64,000 nucleotides of DNA from Anthoceros angustus. Its lineage: Eukaryota; Plantae; Anthocerotophyta. The stretch is from the NCBI GenBank assembly GCA_010909165.1, contig VJWM01000234.1:212455-276454 (forward strand), in the 5' to 3' direction. A model generated the notes under the pieces. That model was not told where the DNA came from. It ran no database searches and was given only the letters and a program-made list of their open reading frames with translations. Positions 1 to 12,699 of the stretch are shown piece after piece; the first letter of the stretch is position 1, and each line of letters opens with the position of its first letter. The position numbers were made by a program, and so were the translations under genes.

Positions 1-161
1 AGCAACTAGACTTATTCTAGTAGCCAAGAGACATGACCTTTGGCATAGGGACGTAACCCTAATGAAAGGGTAAGCTAAATAAATTCAAGCTATATACACA
101 CATACACTAGATAGCTAGATATAATAACTATAAGTAATAACTCAACACTCTATCTTCAATA
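1..161 (-). repeat. 3' LTR of E1 (partial)
   Basis: Matches 6432-6592 except for ~1 substitution; adjacent to the PPT. Confidence 0.92.
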
Positions 162-391
162 CTCCCACTTGTTGATTATTGCATAGTGTCTGATCTTCTT
201 CTCCGAGCACCCTTGCGGTAGCAGTTGAGCTTGAGTGTGTGTGTGTGTGCAGTTGTGACCCAGGCGACCAAGCCCAGCGTAATGGAGCAGCTCGTGAAGG
301 CGGCCTGCAGGTGTGCCATAAGCATAATAGCTTGCCTTTACGTTCGGTCTTCATTCTTTCCACTTCTAGGCGTGGGAAGCTCCTAGGCAAG

Positions 392-1169
392 ATGTCTTCA
401 TCTTTCATGGACTGTCCTCACACCTTGGCCCGTGTCTACGGAGGGATGCTCTAGGTAGGTTTGCGCACTGACTAGAAACAGCCTCCATCTCCCGGTGAGG
501 CAAAGGGAGTAACCACTCGGCCCCAGTGGGTCTTGGCGGGCCGCGCCCCAGGCGGTAGAAGGAACGAACGCCGTGCTTGAGGAGGCCGGCGGCTGCAGTG
601 CGACAAGTGGAGCAAGAGCCCTGCAGGAAGACCGAGATGGGAGCTCCACCTCGTCGCCACTGCACTGTAAGCGGTTATTTTCTCGAGCTTCGTTTGATGC
701 CCGGTAGAAGGGTGAGTTCAAGTATGCATCTGGCGAGCCACATCCTCCTGCACCACCCAAGTTCCCGAGCCTAAGAGCAGTCGTCGGGAGGCATTGTTAC
801 CCTCGGTTGTGCTCGGTTCCCAGGGCCCTATTTGGTGCAGTGCTTGGTCACAGCTGAAGATGGTGAGAGTCCGTGTCCAGGCTGTGCTTTGATGACCACA
901 TCATAAGCTTCTATAGTAAGTATTACTCTTCTGTTTGGGCGAGAATCCTTTCCACATTTAGTTGCCAATTTTTCCTAAACCCCCTGCAGTCTCGGATGAA
1001 TTCACTACCTTTTCCTACGCTCCCACTCGCCCCTCACGGGATCGAGGGCGAGGAGGAGAGCCAGGCACCAAGGAGAGGATCTCCTGAGGAGAGAAAGAAG
1101 AAACTCCCTCGTTCGGTGGTGAGACATTCTCTACTTCATCGGAGCTATGCATCTTGGGAGAAGATTTAG
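392..1169 (+). CDS. Putative antisense additional ORF of E1 (frameshifted, ~258 codons), unknown function
   Basis: ATG TCT TCA TCT (MSSS) at 392; RRDALGRF at ~440; KFP..IVTLGCARFP at ~760-820. Matches the antisense ORF of E2 in position and motifs. Confidence 0.55.
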
Positions 1170-1175
1170 ACTCCT

Positions 1176-4100
1176 CTACTCTGAGTAGGAGGTCCCTTTC
1201 ATCTCTCTCCAAGCTATGATGATCCGATGGCGGGTAATGATTGGGGCTGTTCCTAGCTCATAGGCTAGGTTAGGATTGGTTTTGCTTGGCCTCGGGTAGC
1301 CCTCGTGGCTGCCCATGCCCAAACTTTTCATGTGCATGTTGTGTGCGTCCCTACTCGGGGCTTTTGTGAACAAATCTGCTGGATTGTCCTGTTGGTACAT
1401 ACTCGATGTAATCGACTGATTTGATAAGATCCCTAATGAAGTGGTATTCCACTTCCACGTGCTTTTGCGGGAGTGAAAAGCAGGGTTCTTGGCCAGTTCA
1501 TGGATCCTTGGTTGTCGGTTCTAATAGTGGTGCAAGTAGGGGGTAGCAATCCCGGCCTTAAACATTAGCTTGCACCAAGCTATTTCTTTAGCAGATGTGA
1601 GGACCCGATATTCCTTGATCTTTGGAAGTTGCAACCTGGTTGCTTCTTGCTTGACCAGCATATGGGCCCTCCACCATGACCAGCGTGCGGACAACGACCT
1701 CCGTGTATCTATGTCACCGGCATAATCGAGTCGATATACGTCCCTCAAGTGGTGTGCGGTATGTGTATGCGAATCGAATCCCAATGTTGGATGTTCCCTT
1801 GGATACCTAACCACCCTCTTAACACCCATCCGGCGTTTGACCGGGTTCTCGAGGTATTGCGAGCACACTTGTGGTGTAGGCTACATCAGTCGTGTAGTGT
1901 TGGCGGCATAGATAAGTTTGCCAACTCCCTTTACATGGGGACCGACCTCATGTCTTCTATGTCCTTTTTGGTTTCGGGGACACATGGACTTGCTAAATTT
2001 CAATCGGATGGCGTGGAGTCAGCTGGATTTGCATCCTTCAAGCCAAGCTGTTCAGCACATTCTAACAGATATCGAGGCTGTGTGAGAGATATAGATCTTT
2101 TTCTATCCCTCGAATAATATTCCGTGACTCAAGTGCTCCAAGGTTAGTCATTTCAAACTTGGTAGATAGTAGCGGTTAACTTTGGTGATGAATGTGGGGC
2201 TATTGCGGATAGAATCAAATCATCAACATACACTGCGAGATAGCACACAACGTCACGGATCTGTAAACATACTTGTCATCGAAACACATTTCACGAATCC
2301 AAGTGCACGCAGTTCTTCATCCAGACATTCCACTCTAATGCGATTGCTTGAGCCATAGAGGGTTTTATTAGGCGAAGACATGATCTTCCTTACTTATCAC
2401 GAGGGCTGCATGTAGATTTGTGTCCAACTTGCCATGTAAAATGCGGTCTTTACATCAAACATGTCTAACTCGTAGTCTTGATGTCTTGCCGGGCCAGTTG
2501 TCGAAAGGTGGCCGCTTCATCACAGAGCATATGTTTGAAGTAATCGAGACCGGGCACTTGGAAAAACCACGAGCTACAAGTCGTGCTTTGTACCTATCAA
2601 AACTTCCATCACCTTTACCTTCAGTTTGAAGACCCACTTGCAAGACACCACCTTACGTCAGGTAACTTAGCTAGTTCCCATGTTCCATTTTGATCGTGAA
2701 TCATATTCTAATTGAATTGCCTTTTTCCACTGCGGCATCGGGGCGGCTAAGAGCTTCTTGGGATTGAGGTTCGATAGGATCCGAAGTGGCTGCATTAGCT
2801 GGTTTTCTAAAGTCCTGTGATAATAATGTGTCTATCTCTTGCGGGATAACGGCTCGTTGTGGTGGAGCTTGCGGGTTGAATCTCGTTCAACCTCGGCATC
2901 CTCGAAGATGAGCATCTTCAGCCTCATCCTCGTCAATGTCTGGATCGGGGTCCGTGGATCGTAAAAGGTCGGTGGTTCGGGTTACGGAGGAGGTTCTTTC
3001 GCAAATGTTCAGCAAAATTTTCTGGTTCATCTCCTTGCTCCTGAGCATCATTTTGCTGTTGTTCTTCCCCCAGAGCAATCTCGCAAGAGCGTGAATCATC
3101 AGCGTCGGGCAAGGTAGAAAGATCAAAGTCCTCCGTGTGGGAGTAGCTCCCACTTGCGCCAAGTTCGACCTTCATCAAAGGTCACGCTCCGTGCATAGAC
3201 CACCTTGTTCGAGGTCGTCATACGACTTATAAGCTTTTATACCTTGATGTATCCTATCATGAGGTACTTCTTGGCCTTAGCTAACTTGGTTGGCCTTAGG
3301 GATGAAAGCAAAAGCGATGCATCCGAAAGTGCGAAGATGTTGGATAGGCGCTTGCCCATAGAAAGCTTCAAAGGGGTCGTCCAATCACGGCGGTTGTAGG
3401 CGATCTGTACGTAAATACACATGTCATAAGGGCTTGGATGGGATAGTGGCAAAGAGGCTTGGTGAAGCATAGAGGAGACCATCTCCTGCGGTGTCAAGTT
3501 CAAGCGCTCCAGCGCCATTACATTGCGTATACACAGCGTAAGTTGTGCCTATCCTTGTCCTTCGGTGGGTGCGGAATTCATTAGATGTGAATTCTCCACC
3601 ATTGTCTCGAGCGTAGGACTTTCGATTTTCTGTCCATCTCTGCAAGTTTCATGTAGTCTTTGAGCAGAGAAGCATTCACTTTTAGCTTTCAAGATGTAAG
3701 CCATGACAAATCTCGTCTTGTCGTCAGCAGAATGAAGTATCGGCCACCACCGATTGAGGGTGCGAGTGGCCACATATGTCGATGCAAGTTCAAGCACTTG
3801 AAGCTGAGGAGTCTTGTTCTTGAAGGCTTGATGACGCTTTGGACAACACAGGCTTCACAGAGGTAAGGATGGCGCCAATTTTACCATCACTGTACAGGTC
3901 ACTAGCAGCTAGTTTTTGCAACTTTGCGCTGTGAGGGTGACCTAAGCGTGCATGCCATAACCTAGCTTGTTCTTCTTGCTTTGCAGCTGTCTCAGGCGAC
4001 CTTGAAGCTAGGCTAGCCTTGGCATGACTGGTGTGAGTGTGCAGTCTAAAGAGATCATGGTCAGATGATCCATAGGCTAGGATTTTGCGATGATCAAAAG

Positions 4101-5302
4101 CATCTATAATCCTACATTACAGCCGGAGTGAAGAGGATGTGACTTTGATTATCCATGTTCAACCTTCTAACAAATCAAGTTTCTTGTCATTTCGGGCACA
4201 TGATACACATCGTAAGCAAGAGTGTGATGCACGAAGGGACAGCAACTGACACACCGAGCACAAGCCTACTATCGTCACCTAGGTAAACAAATCATTGTGA
4301 ACTAACTTTGTATGTGACGAATGAACTGTCGAAGCAGATGTACTGTTGCACTGTATCAAGGAACTCCTATGGGTTTGCCTTGAGTATTTGCGACAAGCAT
4401 GTGGGGTTAGCAGAGGGTAGGAAAACTCCTGGTCCCTACTGAGTGAGGGCCGAGCCTTGTTTAGTCACCACAACATGTGTCCGAGAAGTGGAGTTGCCCT
4501 CCTTGCAGGTACTCGGCTTCTTCGACACTCGGACTCCCAATGGCACGGAATTTGGCACGGTGGCACTTTCCAGCCTTCTTGGGCTTCTTGGTGTAGAGAC
4601 TCCTTGAGCTACTAGCACGAGGTATTTTGTCTACCTAAGTTGGGCTTCTTGCCCTTTCCTTTGTTGTGTGTACAAAGCTTGCTTTAGACGTTTGAATTGT
4701 CCTCTTGTGACTTCTTCCTGAAGAAGAGCTCCCACTAATTCTGCAAATGTTGTTTTGGGGAGATCAACACCTGCAGCCTTGGCAATCTTCCGCCCTTGTA
4801 GTTGCGAGGTGTTAAATGAGGTCACGAAATGTGCCCAAGATTCAGGGAGTGACATCATGAAATGAAGAATGAGAGCCTGGTCCTTAACACTATCCTGTGC
4901 AGCACTTTCAAACTTGGAGATTAGGGATCTGAAGGTAGTCAGGTGTTTTTCAATGGATTCTCCTTCTTTCATCTTCAAGTTTTGTATGTTGCGAAGTGCT
5001 GTCATTTGACTTGTGTCATCAGTTCCAGCAAATAGACTTTGGAGCCGCGTCCAAATATCGGTGAGGTTTTGCAACCGTGCATCTCAACATGTCGATCGAC
5101 GGACCACTCCGTAGGAGGAACGTGCTCCTGTGGTCCAAGCATCAAGTGCCTTGATCGCGGTGAGGGGTGCCAATTAGGAGACTTTGACGTCCCATGAACC
5201 CACGCTTGTTTTGAAGGGCACCACGCATTCTAAGTACCGGATGTCATAATCGCCCCGAATCTATCCTTCTCTTTGAATCCCTCCTAAATTAGAGTCACCC
5301 AT
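1176..5302 (-). pseudogene. E1 gag-pol polyprotein (frameshifted)
   Basis: Gag ORF 4631-5074 (LQNLKMKEGESIEKHL-type motif); integrase fragments 3237-3800; RT 2100-2650; RNase H 1176-1868. Confidence 0.9.
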
Positions 5303-6342
5303 GTTTAGGATCGTTAGTCCCCTCACATGAGGATTTTATGGATGAATTTCTAATGTGTGACTGCAGCTAACGGTGTGAGGATTCGAGAGAAGAGTTATGA
5401 TGCTACTGCATCGGATGGGCTGCAAATGCAGCCGCTTTCTGGTAAGATGGGTTCGATCGTTGGTCATGCAAATTGACCAACTCCCTATCTGCCTTTTCCC
5501 TTATGTTGTGTTTCCTAATCTCTCAGCGATTAAAGGAATAGGTCATGCAAGATGGACACGAGTTTGGATGCTCAAATTTGTGATGCTTGTTAGTTTTTGT
5601 AGCATGCTTACAAGCTGTCCCTCTAATTGCAGGGTTAGCAAGAAGAGCATGCCTCAACAAAGCAAGCAATTTGAAATCCAAGTGACCAATGATCCAACGA
5701 TTGTAAGTCCTCGAAACAGAAGCTTTGACTTATGTTTTCAAACGTCTGTCTACATGTATCATGATTCTAGTCTAGAACTTAAATGTGTGATCTTTGGTAT
5801 GTGGTGCTACGTTTGTGGTTAGGAAACCCGAGGATTGCCGTTACCAACAATGGCGAGTTGCACATTTGGGAGATTGTGAGGAGTCCTCGTGGAGGCGGCG
5901 CGATGGTGAAGATCGTGATAGTTCTTCTCACTTTCTCTTCTATGTTGTATTTGGCGATGGCATCCGGGCCGCATCTGCCGTCCGAGGATCGGCCATTCAT
6001 TTGGCGAAATTCTTGTGTTTTGGAAAATTCCAAGAAACATATTGTAATTTTTATATGATTTTATAAAGATATTTGCCATGGCGATCGTTCTAGCGTGTCG
6101 ATGATTGCTTTGCAACAATCGGCGATGATGCGCTAGAACGGGCTCTAGAAATGCAAAATTTCTATTAACAAATCAAGCAAAAATAGCTACAAAAGGTTTC
6201 TCAAACATTTTCTTGATTTCTTACTAGAAATTAATTTCTAATCAAGAAACAAACACAAAGAACATTTTATGCACATCAACATATGCACAATTTAATGTGC
6301 ATTCTTGTGAATGCAATCGCACCTAGCATTGCTCGATACCAT

Positions 6343-6592
6343 TACGAAATATGGAAATGGTGCAAACCAATTGAGTATTTATCAATTACATTATTGTAGA
6401 AAATACAAGAAAGCATTAGTAAATTGATTGTAGCAACTAGACTTATTCTAGTAGCCAAGAGACATGACCTTTGGCCTAGGGACGTAACCCTAATGAAAGG
6501 GTAAGCTAAATAAATTCAAGCTATATACACACATACACTAGATAGCTAGATATAATAACTATAAGTAATAACTCAACACTCTATCTTCAATA
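6343..6592 (-). repeat. 5' LTR of E1 (~250 bp)
   Basis: Duplicate of the window start; followed on the minus strand by an iMet-type PBS. Confidence 0.85.
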
Positions 6593-6620
6593 GAGTCTTC
6601 ATCCAATACTGGTCACCTAA

Positions 6621-9600
6621 GTGGTGACGGTTTTAGGGAAAAGGATAGATTTGGAGGACATTTGGGTCATGAGGATGCAAGGAATTCTCCAGAGTAAGAG
6701 ACTCTGGAGATTAGTCAATGGCGAAGAGAAGGTCGACACAGCAAAGGATGACGCAGCAAAGGAGTCATGGGCAGTCAAAAATGAGTTTGCCATGTATGTA
6801 ATCAGGAGTGGGCTTACCTCTGACATGATGAGGCAGACCTCTGGATGTACAACAGCTGCTGATGTGTGGATTCGTCTTCAAGACCTATATTCTGGCAACA
6901 ATACAACAAGCCAGATGACAGCCTTGCGTAATCTTCAGAACTGTAAAATGAGAGATGGTGATCCAATTGAGAAGCACATTGGAGTTTTCAGGAACTTAGT
7001 CTCAAAACTTGAGAGTGCTTCAAATGCCAGTATCAAGGATGATATGCTAACTTTGTATCTCATGCTCTCATTACCTCCATCTTGGTCACATTTTGTGACC
7101 TCATTGAATGCCTCACAGCTCACAGCTAGGAAACTAGCTAAGGCTGCTAATGTTACTCTCCCTGAGATGACATTTACAGAGTTAGTGGGAGCCCTTCTTG
7201 AGGAAGAGGCTACTAAAGGATCAGGAAAGGGCAAACAGCACGCCCTCTACACCACAAACCGAGGAAAAGGTGGAAAGCCTACCTTCCGAGGTAAACACAA
7301 TTCTTCAGGTGGAGGAAACTTTCAAAAGGGTCTCTCACAGAAGAAATCCAAGAAGTCTGGAAAATGCCACTGGTACCAAATTCCAGGCCATTGGGAAAGT
7401 GAGTGTCGAAAGAAGCAGTCCGGAATACCTCGCAAGGAGGGCAATTCCACTTCTGAAACACATGTTGTGGTGAAGAAGCAATCCTCCCCATCAGCCCTGA
7501 CTGTAGGGACTAGGGAGTTTGCTCATCCCCTTATCCTTCCCACCTGCTTGTCAGCAAAAACAGAAGTTAGACCATTTCATGGATGGTACCTTGACACAGT
7601 GCAATCACATATGCTTCGATAGAAGTGCATTCATCACATATAAACCAGCTTAAAGACCAATTCGTTTACGGGTGATGATAGGTCCCTTATGTCTCCTAGT
7701 AGAGTGCATGAATCTTCACATTATCGGATCTCGACTCTCACCGATGTATACTATGTCCCAGAGATGACAAGGAACCTTATATCATTAGGAAGCTAAACAT
7801 GGATAACAATTGTCATATCATGTTTACCTACAAAATGTTAGATCATTGATGCTTTTGATCACCGTAAGGTCTTAGCTTATGGATCATCTGATCAAGATCT
7901 TTTCCGCCTTCAACAAATATTGGTGTTGCCCAAACCCACTTGGATTCACAGGCTCGGCCTCTACAAAATGTTGAGAAAGCCAAGTTATGGCATGCCCGCT
8001 TAGGTCATCCCCATAGTGCTAAGCTCGCTAGCTACTAGTGATTTTTATTATGATGGCAAGATAGGCTACCACCCTTACCTTTGTGTGAAGCGTGTGTGTT
8101 TTCCAAGCGTCACCAGGCAGCTTTCAAGAATAAGACTCCACATAGAGCTTCCGAAGTTCTTGAATTGGTTCACACTGATATTTTTGGGCCTCTCTCACAG
8201 CCTTCCCTTGGTGGTAGTCGATATTTCCTTACATTCACCGACGACAAAACACGTTTTGTTACAGCATATATCCTGAAGGCTAAGAGTGAATGTTTCTCTC
8301 TTTTCAAAGACTATTTGAAGTATGTAGAGAGATGGACTGGAAAACAATTAAAGACCCTTCGATCTGACAATGGTGGTGAATACACATCTAATGAGTTTCA
8401 GGCCTATTGTGCAAATGAAGGGATAGGTAGACAACTTACCGTTGTATACACGCCACAGCAGAATGGTGTAGCCGAACGCTTGAACCTCACTCTTCAAGAG
8501 ATGGTTTCATCCTTGCTACATCAAGCTTCTCCGCCTCTTCCTTCTGAGGCTCTCATGACTGTTTATCTTACAAGCAAAGTTGCCTACCTCTGTGAGACGA
8601 GACACCTTTTGAAGCTTTCTTTGGCAGAAAACCTTCTCTCCAACATCTTCGCACATTTGGATGCGTTGCTTATGCTTTTATTCCCAAGGAAAAGCGGAGG
8701 AAGCTATCTGCAAAGGCACAAAGACTTCTTATGATCGGTTATACTGAAGGTATCAAGGCATATAAACTTTATGATGCCTCCTGTGATAAGGTGGTCTACT
8801 CACGCAGTGTTACTTTTGACGAAGGGCGTTTTTGGCCGCCAGTGGGAGCTACTCCCACCTATGAGGAGGATGTCAATTTTTCTGCCCTTCCTGATGTCAC
8901 TCTTTTTGATGATTCTACTCCCGCGTTGATTGCTCCTGCGGGGAAGACGACAAAATGATGATGAAACAGCGAGGGATAGAAAATTTTGATTTTCGATCGC
9001 CAGCGGAACCTCCGCCTATCATTCAGCCATACCCACTTGATCCGGTGATGATGATGCGATGATCCGACCGACAACGATCGGGCGTGATTACGATGTTCAA
9101 CCCCGACAGATCGACACTGACGTCGTTATCCTACAAGGGAACGGCGTGCTCCAGACATTATCGTGCTAGTTTTAGAGCAACTTCTTCTCATGTTCACGCA
9201 TTACTCCCGGATCCCATAGAGCCACAAACTCTCCAAGAAGCCTTGGACATCACATCGAGTGGGAGAAGGCAATAAAATCAGAGTATGATTCATTGATTGA
9301 GAATGGCACATGGGAGATAGCGAAACTGCCACCAGGCAGAAAAATGGTCTCATGTAAATGGGTGTTTAAGCTAAAAGTCAAGGCTGATGGTACCTTTGAT
9401 AGGTATAAGGCCCGGCTTGTTGCGAGAGGTTTCTCTCAAGTTCCAGGACTTGACTATTTTGAAACTTTCGCTCCAGTTGTAAAGCTAGCAACCCTGCGTA
9501 CCATATGCGCCATATCAGCCTACAAAGATTATGAGCTGCAGATGTTTGATGTCAAAACAGCATTTCTTAATGGCAAGCTTGATACTGAAATCTACATGCA

Positions 9601-10730
9601 GCAACCTCCTGGCTATGAGGTCAAGGGCAAAGAAGACTATGCTTGTAAACTTATTAAATGCCTGTATGGACTGAAACAATCAGCTATGAAGTGGAATGAA
9701 GAGCTGGACAGAGAACTACTAGCTCTAGGATTCACTAAAAGCAATGCTGATGGCAGCTTATACATATACAGAAATGGAGACATCGTGTGTTACTTAGCTG
9801 TTTACGTCGATGATCTCATTCTCTCCAGCAATAGCCAGGCTTATATTGACAAGATAAGAACTCCGCAAAAGGTTCAAATGTCAAATCTAGGCCCACACTT
9901 GAGTTGCCTTGGCATCCATATTCAAAGGAATCGACTTACCAAGGTTATAACTTTGACACAACCTAGATATTTGCTGACAGTCTTTGACGGTTGGCATCAA
10001 AGACGCCAAAGTTGCAGCCACACCTCTTCCTAGTGGTTTGAAGCTCCAAGAGCATGTCACCTCACACAGTGATAAAGATCGGATGGTTAATGTTCCATAT
10101 AGACAAGGAGTTGGAAAACTCATATATCACAAACACAACCCGGACGAGGTAGCCTATGCTACTAGTGTCTTGTCCCAATACTTGGAAAATCACGGACAAG
10201 AACATTGGGTCATGTCAAACGAGTATTCGTACCTAAAAGGGACGCACACGGAGGTATAAAGTACTCTTACCAATTAGGAGCACCTCTGGACTTGGAAGTT
10301 TACACGACTCGACTATCGGAGATATGGATACAAGGAAATCGGTTTAGCTCGTTGTTGGTGTTGCGGAGGACCCATATGCTGGTCCAAAGAAGATATGATG
10401 CCTTCTAGCGGCGGAATATCGAGTGTTAAGACCAAAGTAGTTTGGTGTGTTGTTCTCGAGCTAGGATTGACCTTCCAACCGCACCATAATAAACGACAAC
10501 CAAGGATCGATGGCCCTTGCTAAAAATCCTGCGTTTTCCATTCAAGGACGAAACATGTGGAAGTAGAGTACCATTACATCCGGGAGTTAGTAGCGGCGAG
10601 GACAATCGGACTTCAATATATCCAACGCAGGACAATCCAAATCCAGATGTCCCGACAAAGGCACGTGAATTACATGAAAACATGTGAAGGGTTTAGGACT
10701 AGGAGAGTCAAGTACTTTCCTAGCTAATCC
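6621..10730 (+). pseudogene. E2 gag-pol polyprotein (frameshifted)
   Basis: Motifs LELVHTDIFGP, LRSDNGGEY, QQNGVAERLN, CKWVFKLK, FDVKTAFLNG, LYGLKQS, AVYVDDL. Confidence 0.93.
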
Positions 10731-10733
10731 TAC

Positions 10734-11508
10734 CTAATCCTCGTGCTGCGATGCCTTAGCCCCACGATTACTTATCTCAAGAAAGCTCCTCTTGAGTGTC
10801 ATTTGAATCATAATTTGTCGATGTTGATTCGAAATGGAATCGGAGTAGCTTGAGGACATGTAATCCTCGTGGAGAACTTTTTCTCCCCAACTTGCTCCAG
10901 ACCTGCACAAAGAAGACATGACATCAATAATGTTCGAAAAGTGGGAGCTAATTGGCAAACAATGGAGAATGGTCAGTGCTTACGATAATAGCTAACGACA
11001 TGGTAAAGGAACTCTCCGCAATTGCACATAGATTCTCTTCATCACTATACCGGCCAGCGTACCATAGGGGAGTTTGGATAGGTAATCGACCCCAACGTCA
11101 CAATCGTAGTGTCTCTGATCAAGCTCACGTGAGGGAACTTCACCGCGGGGTCGCTCTTCTCCTTTCTCGCATATGGCACAGACCGAAAAGGTACTCTAGC
11201 AGTTGCTGGTGGATAGAAGACACATGGTTAGTATATGCAGCAGCACTCGGCCTGGAAGAAAATCCCATGTTTGATGCCGAGGGCAGCCCAGCGGCAGCAG
11301 CGACGCCGCCTCCACCTTTCTTCCAGCGACGTAGATGCCGCCTCCACTTTCCTTGCGGCCTATTGTGCCGGTGCGCACGGCTCTCTCTTAACCGAGCTTG
11401 ATGCCACTTCAACCTTTCTCGAGCAGGCTTGTTAGGAACCTTCTTTCCCCGGCCCTTGCTATCTCTTGGGTAACGCACGGCCCTCACCTCCTCGGAGGAA
11501 GAAGACAT
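10734..11508 (-). CDS. Putative antisense additional ORF of E2 (frameshifted, ~258 codons), unknown function
   Basis: MSSSSEEVRAVRYPRDSKGR... from 11508; KFPHVSLIRDTTIVTLGSITYP at ~11140-11075; stop at 10734. Homologous to E1 392-1169. Confidence 0.55.
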
Positions 11509-11758
11509 GTTGATCACCTTATGTTCGAGCAACTCTCTAGCAAGGATGCCGAGCGTGCGTGAACAACGTTATCGCCAAGACCGGTCTCCAATGGCTTTTG
11601 CTTTGGCCCATTAAGTGCCGGGCGAAGAGTTTCGGGCATGAGCAGTAAACAGGCACTGCACCGAGAGTCGATCGCATCTCCTAGAGCAAGGGACTGGAGT
11701 TGATAGTGACCGTGGAAATAAATCTCCGAAATGATCAACAAGTGGGAGTGAAGAAGTA

Positions 11759-11969
11759 TGTGAAGTTTATGCGGGGAGCTAGCGCTATCTTGTCCAACTA
11801 TGTATTCTCAATAATAATCAATAGTACAAAATGTCACTATAAGTGTTTGTCATACCATGCACCCTTCGACTAAGCAACCCTTCATACATTCGCCCTAATA
11901 AATAACCAAAGAAGTGCTTGTAGTAATCCTAACGATAAACCTTGTCCGTAAGAACCTTAACTCGTCACA
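11759..11969 (-). repeat. 3' LTR of E3
   Basis: Highly similar to 18105-18317; 5-bp terminal inverted repeats. Confidence 0.93.
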
Positions 11970-12699
11970 CTCCCTCTCGAGCGCAACGAGCCACATCGCT
12001 AAGTCCTTGTCAGAGCCACAGATCCCCATTAGCCTCGCCATCCACCGCCATCGAAAGTGCTGGCCAGAGATAACCATGGAGTCTCGCTACCACCCACAAT
12101 CGCTACTTTCGAACTTGTGCTCTTCGCTGTGATCCAACCATCTGATCAAATTGGTCACAATGAGAACCCAGAGCGTTGTAACGCTACGCAGCAAACGGGG
12201 CCTTGGGAAGCGTCCGCCAAGGATGGAAATACCAAAGAACCGCTACACTATTCCATCACCGGAGACAGACCGGAGGAACGGATCAACGCTAAGGTGTCAT
12301 CACCATCGGCCGATTATGACCATCAACCCGATAAAGGATTGGGAGGGATTGATGCCACTTACCGGATCCCCTGCCGAGGAAATGGAATGTGAAGGGCCGG
12401 AGCTACCACGACACCGCTAGATCGACCGACCTTTGAGGGAAGGTCAAGAGAATGAGCATGTGTTGTCGCAGCCCGTGTGATTAAGTATACAACCGGCTTC
12501 ATCCACCTGCTGCTAACCTGCTTGAGCTGCTTGGTATTCTGTTGTGGTACTCACACGCGCACTGCTGCCCGTATCCGGCTGCTGGGGGAGCAAGAGTAGG
12601 TGCTTGACTATCAGGGTGTCTCCAAAAGGCAAACTTACGGGAGATGCTCCTGACTGGGAAGATAGCAACTGCCAACCCAACCCACCAGATAAGTGAATC

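Larger units (their letters stand above)
1..6592 (-). mobile_element. Ty1/Copia LTR retrotransposon E1 (3' LTR runs off the left edge of the window)
   Basis: Near-identical LTR copies at 1-158 and 6432-6589. PBS-like TGGTATCGAGC (minus strand, ~6331-6341). PPT AAGTGGGAG (minus, ~162-170). Minus-strand order gag-integrase-RT-RNaseH (DNGGEFTS, DRYKARLVARGFS, NPADLFTK). Confidence 0.93.

Noticed and set aside
5397-6118. Short ORFs in the E1 5' leader
   Set aside because: No second copy in the window to test conservation, and no motifs.
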